Shown here in pieces: positions 49,067 through 59,141 of a stretch of DNA of 64,000 nt. The translations under genes and the position numbers were made by a program. Origin of the DNA: Chitinophagaceae bacterium (GTDB lineage Bacteria > Bacteroidota > Bacteroidia > Chitinophagales > REEL01); contig REEL01000154.1 of assembly GCA_007695095.1 (NCBI GenBank), positions 1,891 through 65,890 of the forward strand. The letters run 5' to 3'. How positions within the stretch are numbered: the stretch's first letter is position 1; every line of letters starts with the position of its first letter. The notes beneath the pieces were generated by a model, which did not search any database, was not told where the DNA came from, and saw nothing but the letters and a program-made list of their open reading frames with translations.

Positions 49067-49621
49067 ATGTCAAGAATAGGCAATTTACCTATACCAATTC
49101 CAGAGAAAGTAAAGGTAGAAATTAAAGAAAATAATGAAGTTGTAGTTCAGGGCCCTAACGGCTCTATCTCTCAACAATTCTCTCCTGAAATGATAATTTC
49201 AATGGAGGAGGGGAATATTATAGTGAAAAGACCATCAGAGCAGAAAAGGCATAAAGCGCAACACGGATTAATCCGTACCTTAGTTGCAAATATGATAACC
49301 GGTGTAAGTGATGGTTATAAAAGAACACTTGAAGTGAATGGTGTTGGTTATCGTGCTTCTAATCAGGGACAAATATTGGAGCTTTCCGTAGGGTATAGCC
49401 ACCCGGTATACATGGAAATACCTGAGGAAGTAAAACTTTCAACAGAAACTAAAAAGGGATCACCCCCAAAGATACTTTTGGAGTCTAATGATAAACAGCT
49501 TTTAGGTTTAGTTGCATCTAAAATTAGAGCCATTAGAAAGCCTGAGCCTTACAAAGGAAAAGGTATCAAATATAGTGATGAAATTTTAAGAAGAAAAGCC
49601 GGTAAAACAGCCGCTAAATAA
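49067..49621 (+). CDS. rplF: 50S ribosomal protein L6
   Basis: MSRIGNLPIPIPEKVKVEIK...L.VNGVGYRA...G..L.L..GYSHPV......KPEPYKGKGI.Y. Confidence 0.96.
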   Translation: MSRIGNLPIPIPEKVKVEIKENNEVVVQGPNGSISQQFSPEMIISMEEGNIIVKRPSEQKRHKAQHGLIRTLVANMITGVSDGYKRTLEVNGVGYRASNQGQILELSVGYSHPVYMEIPEEVKLSTETKKGSPPKILLESNDKQLLGLVASKIRAIRKPEPYKGKGIKYSDEILRRKAGKTAAK

Positions 49622-49632
49622 ACTCAATTGAA

Positions 49633-49989
49633 ATGTTAACAAAAAAGAGTCTAAGAAGAAGAAAAATACGATACAGAGTAAGGAAGAAAATTTTCGGTAC
49701 AGAAAATCGTCCAAGACTTTCCGTTTACAGAAGTAATAAGGAAATCTATGCTCAGGTTATTGATGACGAAAAAGGTCTTACATTAGCTTCATTTTCTTCC
49801 AGAAAATTAAAGGATGATGTAGCAGGTAAAACTAAGTCTGAAGTTTCTGAATTAGTAGGGAAGGAATTAGGTAAATTGACTAAAGATGCCGGAATTACAA
49901 CCATAGTTTTTGATAGAGGAGGATACCTTTATCACGGTAGAGTTAAGAGTTTAGCTGATGGTGTCAGAAGTGAAGGAATAATATTCTAA
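49633..49989 (+). CDS. rplR: 50S ribosomal protein L18
   Basis: RRRKIRYRVRKKIFGTENRPRLSVYRSNKEIYAQVIDD...VFDRGGYLYHGRVK.LADG.R..G..F. Confidence 0.96.
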   Translation: MLTKKSLRRRKIRYRVRKKIFGTENRPRLSVYRSNKEIYAQVIDDEKGLTLASFSSRKLKDDVAGKTKSEVSELVGKELGKLTKDAGITTIVFDRGGYLYHGRVKSLADGVRSEGIIF

Positions 49990-50008
49990 AAATTAAAATA
50001 GTATCAAG

Positions 50009-50524
50009 GTGAATACCAATAAGCAAAAAGTAAAAACGAGCGAAACAGAATTAAAAGAAAAGGTAGTCGCAATCAATCGAGTGGCCAAAGTAACAAAAGG
50101 TGGTAGAACATTTAGTTTCTCTGCTATAGTTGTTGTAGGTGATGAGAATGGTGTTGTAGGCTATGGTTTAGGTAAAGCAAGGGAAGTATCAGTAGCTATT
50201 TCTAAGGGTACAGATGATGCAAAAAAACACCTGATTAAAGTTCCGATTATCAAGGGATCTGTTCCTCATATTCAGCAAGGTAAATTTGGCGCAGGAAAAG
50301 TAATGCTAAAGCCCGCATCAAATGGTACAGGTGTAATCGCAGGTGGCACAGTTCGTATAGTAATGGAAAGTGCCGGATATTCTGATGTTTTAACCAAATC
50401 ATTAGGATCTTCTAATCCGCACAACGTTGTGAAAGCAACATTTGATGCGCTCCTGAAAATGAGAGACGCCTCTACTATTGCTACAGAGAGAAATTTAGAT
50501 TTAAAAAAGGTTTTTAACGGTTAA
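50009..50524 (+). CDS. rpsE: 30S ribosomal protein S5 (GTG start)
   Basis: [48 protein letters not shown]. The start codon at 50009 is GTG. Confidence 0.96.
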   Translation: MNTNKQKVKTSETELKEKVVAINRVAKVTKGGRTFSFSAIVVVGDENGVVGYGLGKAREVSVAISKGTDDAKKHLIKVPIIKGSVPHIQQGKFGAGKVMLKPASNGTGVIAGGTVRIVMESAGYSDVLTKSLGSSNPHNVVKATFDALLKMRDASTIATERNLDLKKVFNG

Positions 50525-50527
50525 CCC

Positions 50528-50707
50528 ATGGAAAAAGTCAGAATAACACAAATTAAAAGTCAGATTGACAGACCGGAGAGACAGAAAAGAACACTCAAGG
50601 CGCTCGGACTTACAAGAATGCACAAGACTGTGGAGAAAGAAAACTCACCACAAATCGCAGGCATGATAAAGAAAGTAGAACATTTAATAAAAGTTGAATA
50701 TTTATAA
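50528..50707 (+). CDS. rpmD: 50S ribosomal protein L30 (59 aa, below the ORF-track cutoff)
   Basis: My own translation reads MEKVRITQIKSQIDRPERQKRTLKALGLTRMHKTVEKENSPQIAGMIKKVEHLIKVEYL. This is the canonical L30 pattern, and the gene sits between rpsE and rplO. Confidence 0.92.
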   Translation: MEKVRITQIKSQIDRPERQKRTLKALGLTRMHKTVEKENSPQIAGMIKKVEHLIKVEYL

Positions 50708-50710
50708 ATT

Positions 50711-51160
50711 ATGGATTTATCAAGCTTAAAACCAGCCAAAGGTGCTGTTAAAATAAGAAAGAGAATTGGTAGAGGTCAGGGATCCGGAAGAGGAGGAACA
50801 TCTACTAAAGGACATAAAGGAGCTAAGTCTAGATCAGGATATAAATTCAGACCGGGTTTCGAAGGTGGTCAGATGCCATTACAAAGACGATTACCAAAGT
50901 TTGGATTTAAAAATCCATTCCGTGTGGCATATACTGCTCTAAATTTGGATACACTCCAACATTTGGCAGATAAGCACAAGGTAACCGAGATAAGTGTAGA
51001 TTTCCTTAGGGAAAAGAATGTAATAAGCAGAACAGAAAAAGTAAAAGTTCTTGCAAATGGAGAATTGACCTCCAAGCTTGTTGTTAAAGTTCACAAGTCA
51101 AGCGCTAAAGCAGAGGAAGCAATTAAAAATGCCGGTGGTTCACTTGAATTAATTAAATAG
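50711..51160 (+). CDS. rplO: 50S ribosomal protein L15
   Basis: LSSLKPAKGAVKIRKRIGRGQGSGRGGTSTKGHKGAKSRSG...FEGGQMPLQRRLPK.GF. Confidence 0.97.
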   Translation: MDLSSLKPAKGAVKIRKRIGRGQGSGRGGTSTKGHKGAKSRSGYKFRPGFEGGQMPLQRRLPKFGFKNPFRVAYTALNLDTLQHLADKHKVTEISVDFLREKNVISRTEKVKVLANGELTSKLVVKVHKSSAKAEEAIKNAGGSLELIK

Positions 51161-51330
51161 AGCGTATTTTGTTTCGTTTAATAGACAATTATATCAGATT
51201 AACATCTAAATAGGAATAGTTTAACTTGTTAATTAATATTATTGTACTGAATTTTGAATTTAAGTGAAATAAAATGAACAAACATTTATAACTTCGCGTA
51301 AAACCGAAGTACTTGTAAAAAACTGAAAGA

Positions 51331-52671
51331 ATGAAAGGATTAATCCGTACACTGACTAACATATATAAAATTGAAGAGCTGAGAAACAGAATCTTGTTTA
51401 CACTCGGCCTTATTCTTATATACAGGTTTGGAACTTATGTTGTGTTACCCGGTATTGATCCGAGTGCACTGGATAGTTTAGAACAACAAGGACAAGGTGG
51501 ATTGTTAGGATTAGTTAATCTCTTTGCAGGTGGTGCTTTCTCAAGAGCATCAATTTTTGCACTTGGTATCATGCCTTATATATCTGCTTCCATTGCAGTG
51601 CAGTTATTGACATTGGCTGTACCTTACTTTCAAAAACTCCAGAAAGAAGGAGAAAGTGGCAGAAGACAAATAAATCAAATCACCAGATACCTGACAGTAA
51701 TAGTTACAGCAGCTCAGGCATTTGGCTATATATTTAACATTAATTTTATTGCAGGAGATGCCGTTATTATTTCACAGGGATTGTTTACATTATCAACTGT
51801 AATCGTTCTTACTGCGGGTACTATTTTTGTAATGTGGATTGGTGAAAAAATTACTGATCGCGGTATAGGAAATGGTATTTCATTACTCATCATGATTGGT
51901 ATTATTGCAACATTACCTTTTGCTTTGGCAGCAGAATTTACTTCCAGATTAAATGAAGGAGGAGGATTAGTTGTCTTTTTAATTGAAATCGCAGTATTGG
52001 TATCGGTTGTAGTGGCTGTAGTTCTACTGGTTCAGGGTACAAGAAGGATACCGGTTCAGTATGCAAAAAGAGTAGTGGGCAACAAGCAGTACGGTGGAGT
52101 AAGACAGTATATACCTCTTAAAGTTAATGCTGCCGGAGTTATGCCGATTATTTTTGCTCAGGCTTTAATGTTTATTCCCGGTACTGTAGCTCAGTTTTTC
52201 CCCGATGCAGCTGAAAGTTCCGGTTTTGTAGCTGCCTTTAATGATTTTACATCTGCTCCTTATAATATTGTCCACTTCTTATTAGTCATACTGTTTACCT
52301 ATTTTTACACAGCTTTGATTGTGAATCCAGTGCAAATGGCCGATGATATGAAAAAGAACGGTGGTTTTATACCGGGTGTAAAACCCGGGAAGAAGACGGC
52401 AGAATTTATTGATTCAGTTATGTCCCGTATTGTTTTACCAGGATCCATATTTTTAGCTTTTGTGGCTATATTGCCAGCATTTGCTATGATGTTTGGAGTG
52501 AATATGCAATTTGCTATGTTCTTCGGAGGAACTTCACTACTTATTATGGTGAGTGTAACTCTTGATACTTTACAGCAAGTAGAAAGTCATCTTTTGATGA
52601 GACACTACGACGGCCTTATGAAATCCGGCCGTATAAAAGGGCGCTCTGCATCTGTCGGAGCAGGTATTTAA
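51331..52671 (+). CDS. secY: Preprotein translocase subunit SecY
   Basis: 446 aa with 10 predicted TM helices. Motifs include ...ELRNRILFTLG.L..YR.G..V.LPGID... and ...IFALGIMPYISASI..QLL... Confidence 0.96.
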   Translation: MKGLIRTLTNIYKIEELRNRILFTLGLILIYRFGTYVVLPGIDPSALDSLEQQGQGGLLGLVNLFAGGAFSRASIFALGIMPYISASIAVQLLTLAVPYFQKLQKEGESGRRQINQITRYLTVIVTAAQAFGYIFNINFIAGDAVIISQGLFTLSTVIVLTAGTIFVMWIGEKITDRGIGNGISLLIMIGIIATLPFALAAEFTSRLNEGGGLVVFLIEIAVLVSVVVAVVLLVQGTRRIPVQYAKRVVGNKQYGGVRQYIPLKVNAAGVMPIIFAQALMFIPGTVAQFFPDAAESSGFVAAFNDFTSAPYNIVHFLLVILFTYFYTALIVNPVQMADDMKKNGGFIPGVKPGKKTAEFIDSVMSRIVLPGSIFLAFVAILPAFAMMFGVNMQFAMFFGGTSLLIMVSVTLDTLQQVESHLLMRHYDGLMKSGRIKGRSASVGAGI

Positions 52672-52682
52672 GCCTTTTAATT

Positions 52683-53486
52683 ATGATTTATTATAAAACG
52701 AATGACGAAATTGAATTGCTTCGTCAAAGTTCTTTATTAGTTTCTAAGACCCACGCTACTATTATTCCTTACCTTAAAGAAGGTGTAACCGGAAAGAAAA
52801 TAGACAAAATTGCAGAGGAATTTATAAGAGACAATAAGGCAATTCCTGCATTTAAAGGACTTAGAGGATTTCCCGCAACTCTTTGTATATCACCAAATGA
52901 ACAAGTGGTTCACGGAATCCCTTCAGATGAGCCCTTTAAAAACGGAGACGTTTTATCAATTGATTGCGGAGTCAAAATGAATGAATTTTTTGGAGACTCT
53001 GCATATACGTATGCTATTGGTGAAATAACCGAAGAAGTTAGAAACTTGCTGGAAGTTACCAGACAATCCTTATATGATGCAATAGAATTTGCCGTCCACG
53101 GAAAAAGGTTAGGAGATATTGGATACGCAGTGCAAAATCTTGCTGAAAAAAAACATAAATACGGAGTAGTAAGAGAACTAGTCGGACATGGTGTCGGACG
53201 AACTCTGCATGAAGAGCCGGAGGTACCGAATTACGGAAGAAGAGGAACAGGCCCATTATTAAAAGAAGGTTTAGTGTTAGCAATTGAACCAATGGTTAAC
53301 CTGGGAGTAAAAGAAATTGTACAGCTTAAAGATGGCTGGACAATCATTACGAAAGACAAAAAACCATCAGCTCACTTTGAACATACTGTTGCTGTTAAAA
53401 AGGGAAAAGCAGATATACTTTCATCCTTTGAAATATTAGAAGAAGAAATAAAAAAAAATGAAAATCTTACTAGTTTTTTCAAATAA
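52683..53486 (+). CDS. map: Methionine aminopeptidase, type I
   Basis: [18 protein letters not shown]....F.GDSA.T...G, GHG.G...HEEP.VPNYG, EPM.N, and FEHTVAV metal-ligand blocks. Confidence 0.95.
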   Translation: MIYYKTNDEIELLRQSSLLVSKTHATIIPYLKEGVTGKKIDKIAEEFIRDNKAIPAFKGLRGFPATLCISPNEQVVHGIPSDEPFKNGDVLSIDCGVKMNEFFGDSAYTYAIGEITEEVRNLLEVTRQSLYDAIEFAVHGKRLGDIGYAVQNLAEKKHKYGVVRELVGHGVGRTLHEEPEVPNYGRRGTGPLLKEGLVLAIEPMVNLGVKEIVQLKDGWTIITKDKKPSAHFEHTVAVKKGKADILSSFEILEEEIKKNENLTSFFK

Positions 53487-53515
53487 TTTCACGATATTTG
53501 CACTCTAAAATTTTT

Positions 53516-53734
53516 ATGGCAAAACAAGATATAATAAAACAGGACGGGACAATCATAGAAGCATTGTCAAATGCGATGTTTCGCGCCAAGTTAGAGAATG
53601 GGCACGAAGTAATCGCACACATCTCCGGTAAGATGAGGATGAATTATATCAGAATTCTGCCGGGAGACAAAGTAGCATTGGAAATGTCCCCCTATGATTT
53701 AAGTAAAGGAAGAATTGTTTACAGATATAAGTAA
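53516..53734 (+). CDS. infA: Translation initiation factor IF-1
   Basis: [70 protein letters not shown]. 72 aa from the ATG at 53516. Confidence 0.96.
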   Translation: MAKQDIIKQDGTIIEALSNAMFRAKLENGHEVIAHISGKMRMNYIRILPGDKVALEMSPYDLSKGRIVYRYK

Positions 53735-53748
53735 GAAAAAAATAGATT

Positions 53749-53865
53749 ATGAAAGTTAGAGCATCCGTTAAAAAGAGAAGTACGGACTGTAAAATAGTTC
53801 GGAGAAAAGGTAGAATTTATATTATTAATAAAAAGAACCCTAAGTTTAAACAAAGACAAGGTTAA
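53749..53865 (+). CDS. rpmJ: 50S ribosomal protein L36 (38 aa, below the ORF-track cutoff)
   Basis: My own translation reads [38 protein letters not shown]. Canonical L36, located between infA and rpsM. Confidence 0.93.
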   Translation: MKVRASVKKRSTDCKIVRRKGRIYIINKKNPKFKQRQG

Positions 53866-53876
53866 AACGAAAGAAT

Positions 53877-54254
53877 ATGGCTAGAATTGCAGGTATCGAT
53901 ATTCCAAGGAATAAAAGAGGTGTTATATCATTAACTTACATTCATGGTGTGGGGAAATCAACAGCAGAGCTTATCTTAACTCAGGCTGGTGTAGATTTTA
54001 GTAAAAAAGTACAGGATTGGGATGATAATGATTTGACATCAATTCGTCAGATCATTCAGGACAACTTCAAAGTTGAAGGTGCTCTTCGCTCAAGTGTACA
54101 AATGGACATTAAGCGATTAATGGATATTGGTTGTTACAGAGGCATTCGTCATAGAAAGCGTTTACCGGTAAGAGGTCAGAAAACTCAAACCAACTCAAGA
54201 ACAAGAAAAGGAAAAAGAAAGACAGTTGCCGGTAAGAAAAAGGTAACTAAATAA
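53877..54254 (+). CDS. rpsM: 30S ribosomal protein S13
   Basis: [26 protein letters not shown]...[29 protein letters not shown]. Confidence 0.97.
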   Translation: MARIAGIDIPRNKRGVISLTYIHGVGKSTAELILTQAGVDFSKKVQDWDDNDLTSIRQIIQDNFKVEGALRSSVQMDIKRLMDIGCYRGIRHRKRLPVRGQKTQTNSRTRKGKRKTVAGKKKVTK

Positions 54255-54284
54255 AATTGATCAACATCTTTAGAATTAAAGAAA

Positions 54285-54674
54285 ATGGCAAAAACAAAAA
54301 AATCATCGAAAAAAAGAATAGTAGCTGTTGAACCGGAAGGCAAAGTATTTATTCAAGCTTCATTCAACAACATTATAATAACTTTTACCAATAGAAATGG
54401 TCAAACAATTTCTTGGGGATCAGCCGGAAAAGCCGGTTTCAGAGGTTCTAAGAAAAATACACCTTATGCTGCACAAATTGCTGCAGGCGATGCTGCTAAA
54501 ACAGCTTATGACGCAGGGCTTAGAAAAGTTGAAGTGATAGTAAGAGGTCCGGGTGCCGGAAGAGAATCAGCAATCCGAACTATTAATTCTGCAGGTATCG
54601 ATGTAACAATGATTAGAGATATTACTCCACTTCCTCACAATGGTTGCAGACCACCAAAAAGAAGAAGAGTATAA
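54285..54674 (+). CDS. rpsK: 30S ribosomal protein S11
   Basis: [45 protein letters not shown]......V.V.GPG.GRESA.R....[18 protein letters not shown]. Confidence 0.97.
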   Translation: MAKTKKSSKKRIVAVEPEGKVFIQASFNNIIITFTNRNGQTISWGSAGKAGFRGSKKNTPYAAQIAAGDAAKTAYDAGLRKVEVIVRGPGAGRESAIRTINSAGIDVTMIRDITPLPHNGCRPPKRRRV

Positions 54675-54695
54675 TTAAATAAATTTTAGACAACT

Positions 54696-55301
54696 ATGGC
54701 TAGATATACAGGACCAGCAAGTAAAATTGCCAGAAAATTTGGAGAACCAATCTTTGGTTACGATAAGTCTTTAGAGCGCAAAAACTATCCTCCCGGACAG
54801 CATGGAGTTACCAAAAGAAGAAAAGTTTCTTCTGAGTACGGAATTCAGCTTAAGGAGAAGCAAAAAGCAAAATATACTTACGGACTATTGGAAAGACAGT
54901 TCCTAAAGACTTTCAAAAAAGCGGCTTCTAAAAAAGGCGTTACCGGTGAAAACTTACTTCAGTTATTAGAAGCACGTTTAGACAATACTGTTTTTCGTCT
55001 TGGTTTTGCAACTACCAGAAGAGCAGCCAGGCAATTAGTGTCTCACAAACATGTTATTGTAAACGGAGAATTAGTAAACATCCCTTCTTATAGTCTTAAG
55101 CCGGGTGATGTTGTGAGCGTAAGAACAAAGTCAAAGTCATTAATGGCGGTAACTGACGCAATGTCAAAAAATAGCAAAACATATAACTGGCTACAGTGGA
55201 ATGCCGATAATATGGAAGGGATTTTTACAGCTTATCCTCAAAGAGAAAGCATTCCTGAAAATATTAATGAGCAGTTGATTGTAGAATTATATTCTAAATA
55301 A
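54696..55301 (+). CDS. rpsD: 30S ribosomal protein S4
   Basis: [17 protein letters not shown]...SEYG.QL.EKQK.KY.YG..ERQF...[25 protein letters not shown]...NIPSY. Confidence 0.97.
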   Translation: MARYTGPASKIARKFGEPIFGYDKSLERKNYPPGQHGVTKRRKVSSEYGIQLKEKQKAKYTYGLLERQFLKTFKKAASKKGVTGENLLQLLEARLDNTVFRLGFATTRRAARQLVSHKHVIVNGELVNIPSYSLKPGDVVSVRTKSKSLMAVTDAMSKNSKTYNWLQWNADNMEGIFTAYPQRESIPENINEQLIVELYSK

Positions 55302-55321
55302 CCCAAAAAGTAATAATTAGT

Positions 55322-56320
55322 ATGGCTATATTGTCATTTATAAAGCCCGATAAGATTCTTGTTCAAAAAACAACCGATTTTGAAGGGGATTTCGAATTCA
55401 AACCTTTAGAACCAGGTTTTGGCGTAACCGTAGGTAATGCTCTTAGAAGAGTTTTACTCTCTTCATTAGAAGGATATGCTATTGTTTCTGTGAAAGCCGA
55501 AGGTGTTGACCATGAGTTTTCAACTATAGAGGGCGTGATTGAAGATTTTACTGAAATAGTTCTTAATCTGAAGCAAATCAGACTGAAAGATACAGTAAAA
55601 GATTTGGAAGAAGAGCAGGAAACTATTTACATTTCTATATCAGGAAAAGAAGAATTCAAAGCAAGCGATATTGAAAAAGCTACCAACAGATTTCAGGTTA
55701 TGAACCCGGATTTGGTGATTTGCAGAATGGAAAGTTGGGTAAAGCTGGAACTTGAATTGATAGTTAATAAAGGTAGAGGATACGTTCCTGCAGAAGAGTT
55801 AAAACTTCCTGAACTACCTAAAGGCCACATTTTGATGGATGCTATTTATACACCTATCAAAAAAGTGAGTTATCATGTTGAGAATACAAGAGTTGAGCAA
55901 AAGACAGATTTTGAAAAACTTACTTTGCATGTAAAAACTGATGGAACAATTAATCCTGAGGATGCTGTAAAAAATGCTGCAAGAATACTTATTCAGCACT
56001 TTATGCTAATATCTGACGAGAATATCACTTTTGATTCTGAAGAGAATAAAATAGATAATGTTGTAGATGAGCATATTTTACACATGCGTAAGCTTTTGAA
56101 AACAAGTTTAGAGGATTTGGAATTAAGTGTAAGAGCTTATAACTGTTTAAAAGCAGCTAAGATTAATACATTAGGTGAGTTAGTTGAAAAAGATATTCCT
56201 GAGCTTCTTAAATTCAGAAACTTCGGTAATAAGTCTTTGGAAGAAATACAGCAATTACTTGATGATAAAGGATTGAATTTTGGAATGGATATTTCAAAAT
56301 ATAAACTAAACGAAGAATAA
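55322..56320 (+). CDS. rpoA: DNA-directed RNA polymerase subunit alpha
   Basis: PLEPGFGVTVGNALRRVLLSSLEGYA in the N-terminal domain. C-terminal domain: LEDLELSVRAYNCLKAAKINTLGELV......LLKFRNFG.KSL.EI. Confidence 0.97.
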   Translation: MAILSFIKPDKILVQKTTDFEGDFEFKPLEPGFGVTVGNALRRVLLSSLEGYAIVSVKAEGVDHEFSTIEGVIEDFTEIVLNLKQIRLKDTVKDLEEEQETIYISISGKEEFKASDIEKATNRFQVMNPDLVICRMESWVKLELELIVNKGRGYVPAEELKLPELPKGHILMDAIYTPIKKVSYHVENTRVEQKTDFEKLTLHVKTDGTINPEDAVKNAARILIQHFMLISDENITFDSEENKIDNVVDEHILHMRKLLKTSLEDLELSVRAYNCLKAAKINTLGELVEKDIPELLKFRNFGNKSLEEIQQLLDDKGLNFGMDISKYKLNEE

Positions 56321-56326
56321 ACTATA

Positions 56327-56995
56327 ATGAGAAACGGAAAGAAATTTAATCAGTTAGGCAGAAAAGCACCTCACAGAAAGGCGATGCTGGCAAATATGGC
56401 TTCTTCTCTGATTAGTCATAAGAGAATTTCAACGACAGTTGCTAAGGCAAAGGCATTACGTATGTATGTAGAGCCTTTAATTACTAAGTCAAAAAATGAC
56501 ACAGTTCATTCAAGAAGAACAGTTTTTAGTTATTTACAAGATAAATCAGCTACTAAAGAACTTTTTGATGGCATAGCTGCAAAAGTGGTTGACCGTCCGG
56601 GAGGATATACAAGAATTATAAGAACTGTTACCAGACAAGGTGATGCCGCCGATATGTGTATTATCGAGTTGGTTGATTACAATGAAACCTATGTTTCCGG
56701 AGATGCTAAGAAAAAGACCAGAAAGCGTAGAACCAGAAGAGGTGGTAGTGCGGCTCCTGAAAAAGCTGCAACAGAAGAAAAAGCACAAACAAAACCGGCT
56801 GACGCAAAACCTGAGGTAAAGGAAGAAGAAAAAGAACCTAAAGCAGAGACTGCTGAAAAAGTTGAGACTTCAGAAGAAACTAAAATTCAGGATGCTCCTG
56901 CCGAAGAGACAAAAGCTCAGGAAAGCCCTGCTGAAGAAGATAAAGATCAGGCTAAGGAAGAGCCAAAAGATGAAGATAAAGAAGAAAAGAAATAA
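56327..56995 (+). CDS. rplQ: 50S ribosomal protein L17 with a C-terminal low-complexity extension of about 100 aa
   Basis: The L17 core ([41 protein letters not shown]......GGYTRI.....R.GD.A.M..IELV) ends near residue 120. Residues 121-222 are K/E/A/P-rich. Confidence 0.95.
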   Translation: MRNGKKFNQLGRKAPHRKAMLANMASSLISHKRISTTVAKAKALRMYVEPLITKSKNDTVHSRRTVFSYLQDKSATKELFDGIAAKVVDRPGGYTRIIRTVTRQGDAADMCIIELVDYNETYVSGDAKKKTRKRRTRRGGSAAPEKAATEEKAQTKPADAKPEVKEEEKEPKAETAEKVETSEETKIQDAPAEETKAQESPAEEDKDQAKEEPKDEDKEEKK

Positions 56996-57015
56996 CTTTT
57001 CGTCAAATACATTAA

Positions 57016-57046
57016 AAGAAGCTATCCATTTGGATAGCTTTTTTTG
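57016..57046 (+). terminator. Rho-independent terminator ending the ribosomal superoperon
   Basis: AAAGAAGCTATCCA-ttt-GGATAGCTTTTTTT; the stem is followed directly by a T-run, 21 nt after the rplQ stop. Confidence 0.85.
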
Positions 57047-57200
57047 TTAATAAAAGTTTTTTTAAATTTCTGATTGGATAGAGCATTAATGTCATTTTGA
57101 ACCTGCAGAAGTGTAGTATCAATTGTATTTAATTTAGAATTTTTATTTTTGCTCTTAGCTATTAATTATAATTGTTGAAAAGAAACTAATCCTGTATAAT

Positions 57201-57665
57201 ATGAAAATTCTAATGGTATGTTTGGGGAACATTTGCAGATCTCCGCTTGCAGAAGGTATATTGAAATCAAAAATTGACAAAGATAAATTGAGTGTAGAGG
57301 TTGATTCTGCCGGTACATCTGCCTATCACAGCGGAGAGAAACCTGACCCACGCTCGATAGAGGTAGCCAATAAATACAATATTGATATTTCTAATCAAAA
57401 AGCAAGACAGTTTTCAGCTTATGATTTTGAAGTTTTCGATAAAATATATGTTATGGATAGTTCTAACTATATGGATGTAATTAAATTAGCCAATAGCAAA
57501 GGAGAAGAGGAAAAGGTTATGCTTATTATGAATGAAGCTGAACCCGGTAGAAATATAAACGTCCCGGATCCATATTGGGATAACGATGGGTTTGAGCAAG
57601 TATATAGAATGCTTGACCGAGCTTCTGATGAGATTATAAATAAAATTAAAACTAAGAAACTCTGA
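57201..57665 (+). CDS. Low-molecular-weight protein-tyrosine phosphatase
   Basis: P-loop VCLGNICRSPLAEG (CxGNxCRS) at the N-terminus and a DPY(W) acid loop (VPDPYW). Confidence 0.9.
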   Translation: MKILMVCLGNICRSPLAEGILKSKIDKDKLSVEVDSAGTSAYHSGEKPDPRSIEVANKYNIDISNQKARQFSAYDFEVFDKIYVMDSSNYMDVIKLANSKGEEEKVMLIMNEAEPGRNINVPDPYWDNDGFEQVYRMLDRASDEIINKIKTKKL

Positions 57666-57725
57666 TTTTATCATATTTTTCAAAGCTTTAAATAGAACTG
57701 ATTATTTTCGAATAAAATATATTGA

Positions 57726-59090
57726 ATGAAACCATCATTGGTAAAAGGAACAAGAGATTTTAATGCTATTCAAGTTAAAAAGAGAACGTATATCTTTGAT
57801 ACTATACGGGAAAAGTTTGAGCTTTTTGGCTTTCAGCCGTTAGAGACACCGGCTATGGAAAATATGAGCACACTGACCGGAAAATATGGTGATGAAGGAG
57901 AAAAGCTGTTGTTTAAGATTTTAAATTCAGGAGATTTTTTAAAAAAAATTACTCCGGATTTGGTTGATGAAAATCAGTCAAACCAAGTAGCTCCGTTGAT
58001 AGCTGAAAAGGGTTTAAGGTATGATCTTACAATTCCATTAGCAAGATATATAGTTTTGAATCACGGTAATTTGACTTTTCCTTTTAAACGATATCAAATT
58101 CAGGCAGTATGGCGAGCTGACAGACCACAAAAAGGCAGATATCGTGAGTTTTATCAGTGCGATGCTGATATAGTAGGAAGCACTTCAGTGTTGAATGAGT
58201 TGGAATTAATTCAGTTGTACGATTCTGTTTTCTCAGCTTTTGGACTGGAAGTAAGTATTCGTTTCAATAACAGGCAAATACTGGAAGGTATAGCTTCTGT
58301 TTTGGGTGTAAAAGATAGATTTAATGAGTTTTGTCTTGTATTAGATAAATTAGATAAAGCAGGAGCTGAAGGAGTTGATCTTGAATTCGGGAAAAGAGAA
58401 TTTCCTCAAAATTTAATTGATAACTGGAAAAGTTTGATTTTAATTAAGGGGACGAATCGGGAAAAATTAAACTTTTTAGCAGATCAATTCGAAAAAAACT
58501 CTGATCCAACATCGATTAATGAGATTTCTTTACTCTTAGATTATCTGGATTCGGCAAAGATTAATAATCCGTTGAATTTTGACGTTAGTTTGGCAAGAGG
58601 ATTATCCTATTATACAGCTTTTATTTTTGAAGTAATAGATGTAGACGGAGAGTATGGCAGTTTGGGTGGCGGTGGTCGATATGACCAGTTGACATCTTTG
58701 TTTGGATTGGATAATATGCCGGGAGTAGGTATTTCTTTCGGTGCAGATAGAATTTATGACGTTCTGGAGAAAAAAAATGCTTTTCCGGCTGATTCAGAAG
58801 AAATTAAATTAGTTATGATTACTAATTTCAATAAAGAATTTACAAAAAAGCTAATTGAAATAGCAAATGATTTCAGAATTGCTGGTATACCATGTGAAAT
58901 TTACCCTGTAGATGACAAATTAAAAAAGCAATTCAGATATGCCGATCAGAAAAATATATCTTATGTATTAATTGCAGGTGATGCAGAAATAGAGAATAAT
59001 ACTTTTAGCCTGAAGAATATGAAATCAGGTGAACAACAAAGTGGATCTATAGAAGATCTTATTGAAAAAGTTAAAAAAATAATGCATTAA
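57726..59090 (+). CDS. hisS: Histidine--tRNA ligase
   Basis: Class II motifs are present: KGTRDF, LRYDLTIPLARY, FKRYQIQAVWRADRPQKGRYREFYQCD, GGGRYD, and GISFG.DRI. C-terminal anticodon-binding domain. Confidence 0.93.
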   Translation: MKPSLVKGTRDFNAIQVKKRTYIFDTIREKFELFGFQPLETPAMENMSTLTGKYGDEGEKLLFKILNSGDFLKKITPDLVDENQSNQVAPLIAEKGLRYDLTIPLARYIVLNHGNLTFPFKRYQIQAVWRADRPQKGRYREFYQCDADIVGSTSVLNELELIQLYDSVFSAFGLEVSIRFNNRQILEGIASVLGVKDRFNEFCLVLDKLDKAGAEGVDLEFGKREFPQNLIDNWKSLILIKGTNREKLNFLADQFEKNSDPTSINEISLLLDYLDSAKINNPLNFDVSLARGLSYYTAFIFEVIDVDGEYGSLGGGGRYDQLTSLFGLDNMPGVGISFGADRIYDVLEKKNAFPADSEEIKLVMITNFNKEFTKKLIEIANDFRIAGIPCEIYPVDDKLKKQFRYADQKNISYVLIAGDAEIENNTFSLKNMKSGEQQSGSIEDLIEKVKKIMH

Positions 59091-59141
59091 GCGCTGATTT
59101 TTTCAGTAAGTGAACTGCGATTCTTCATTAAAAATTTCAAA

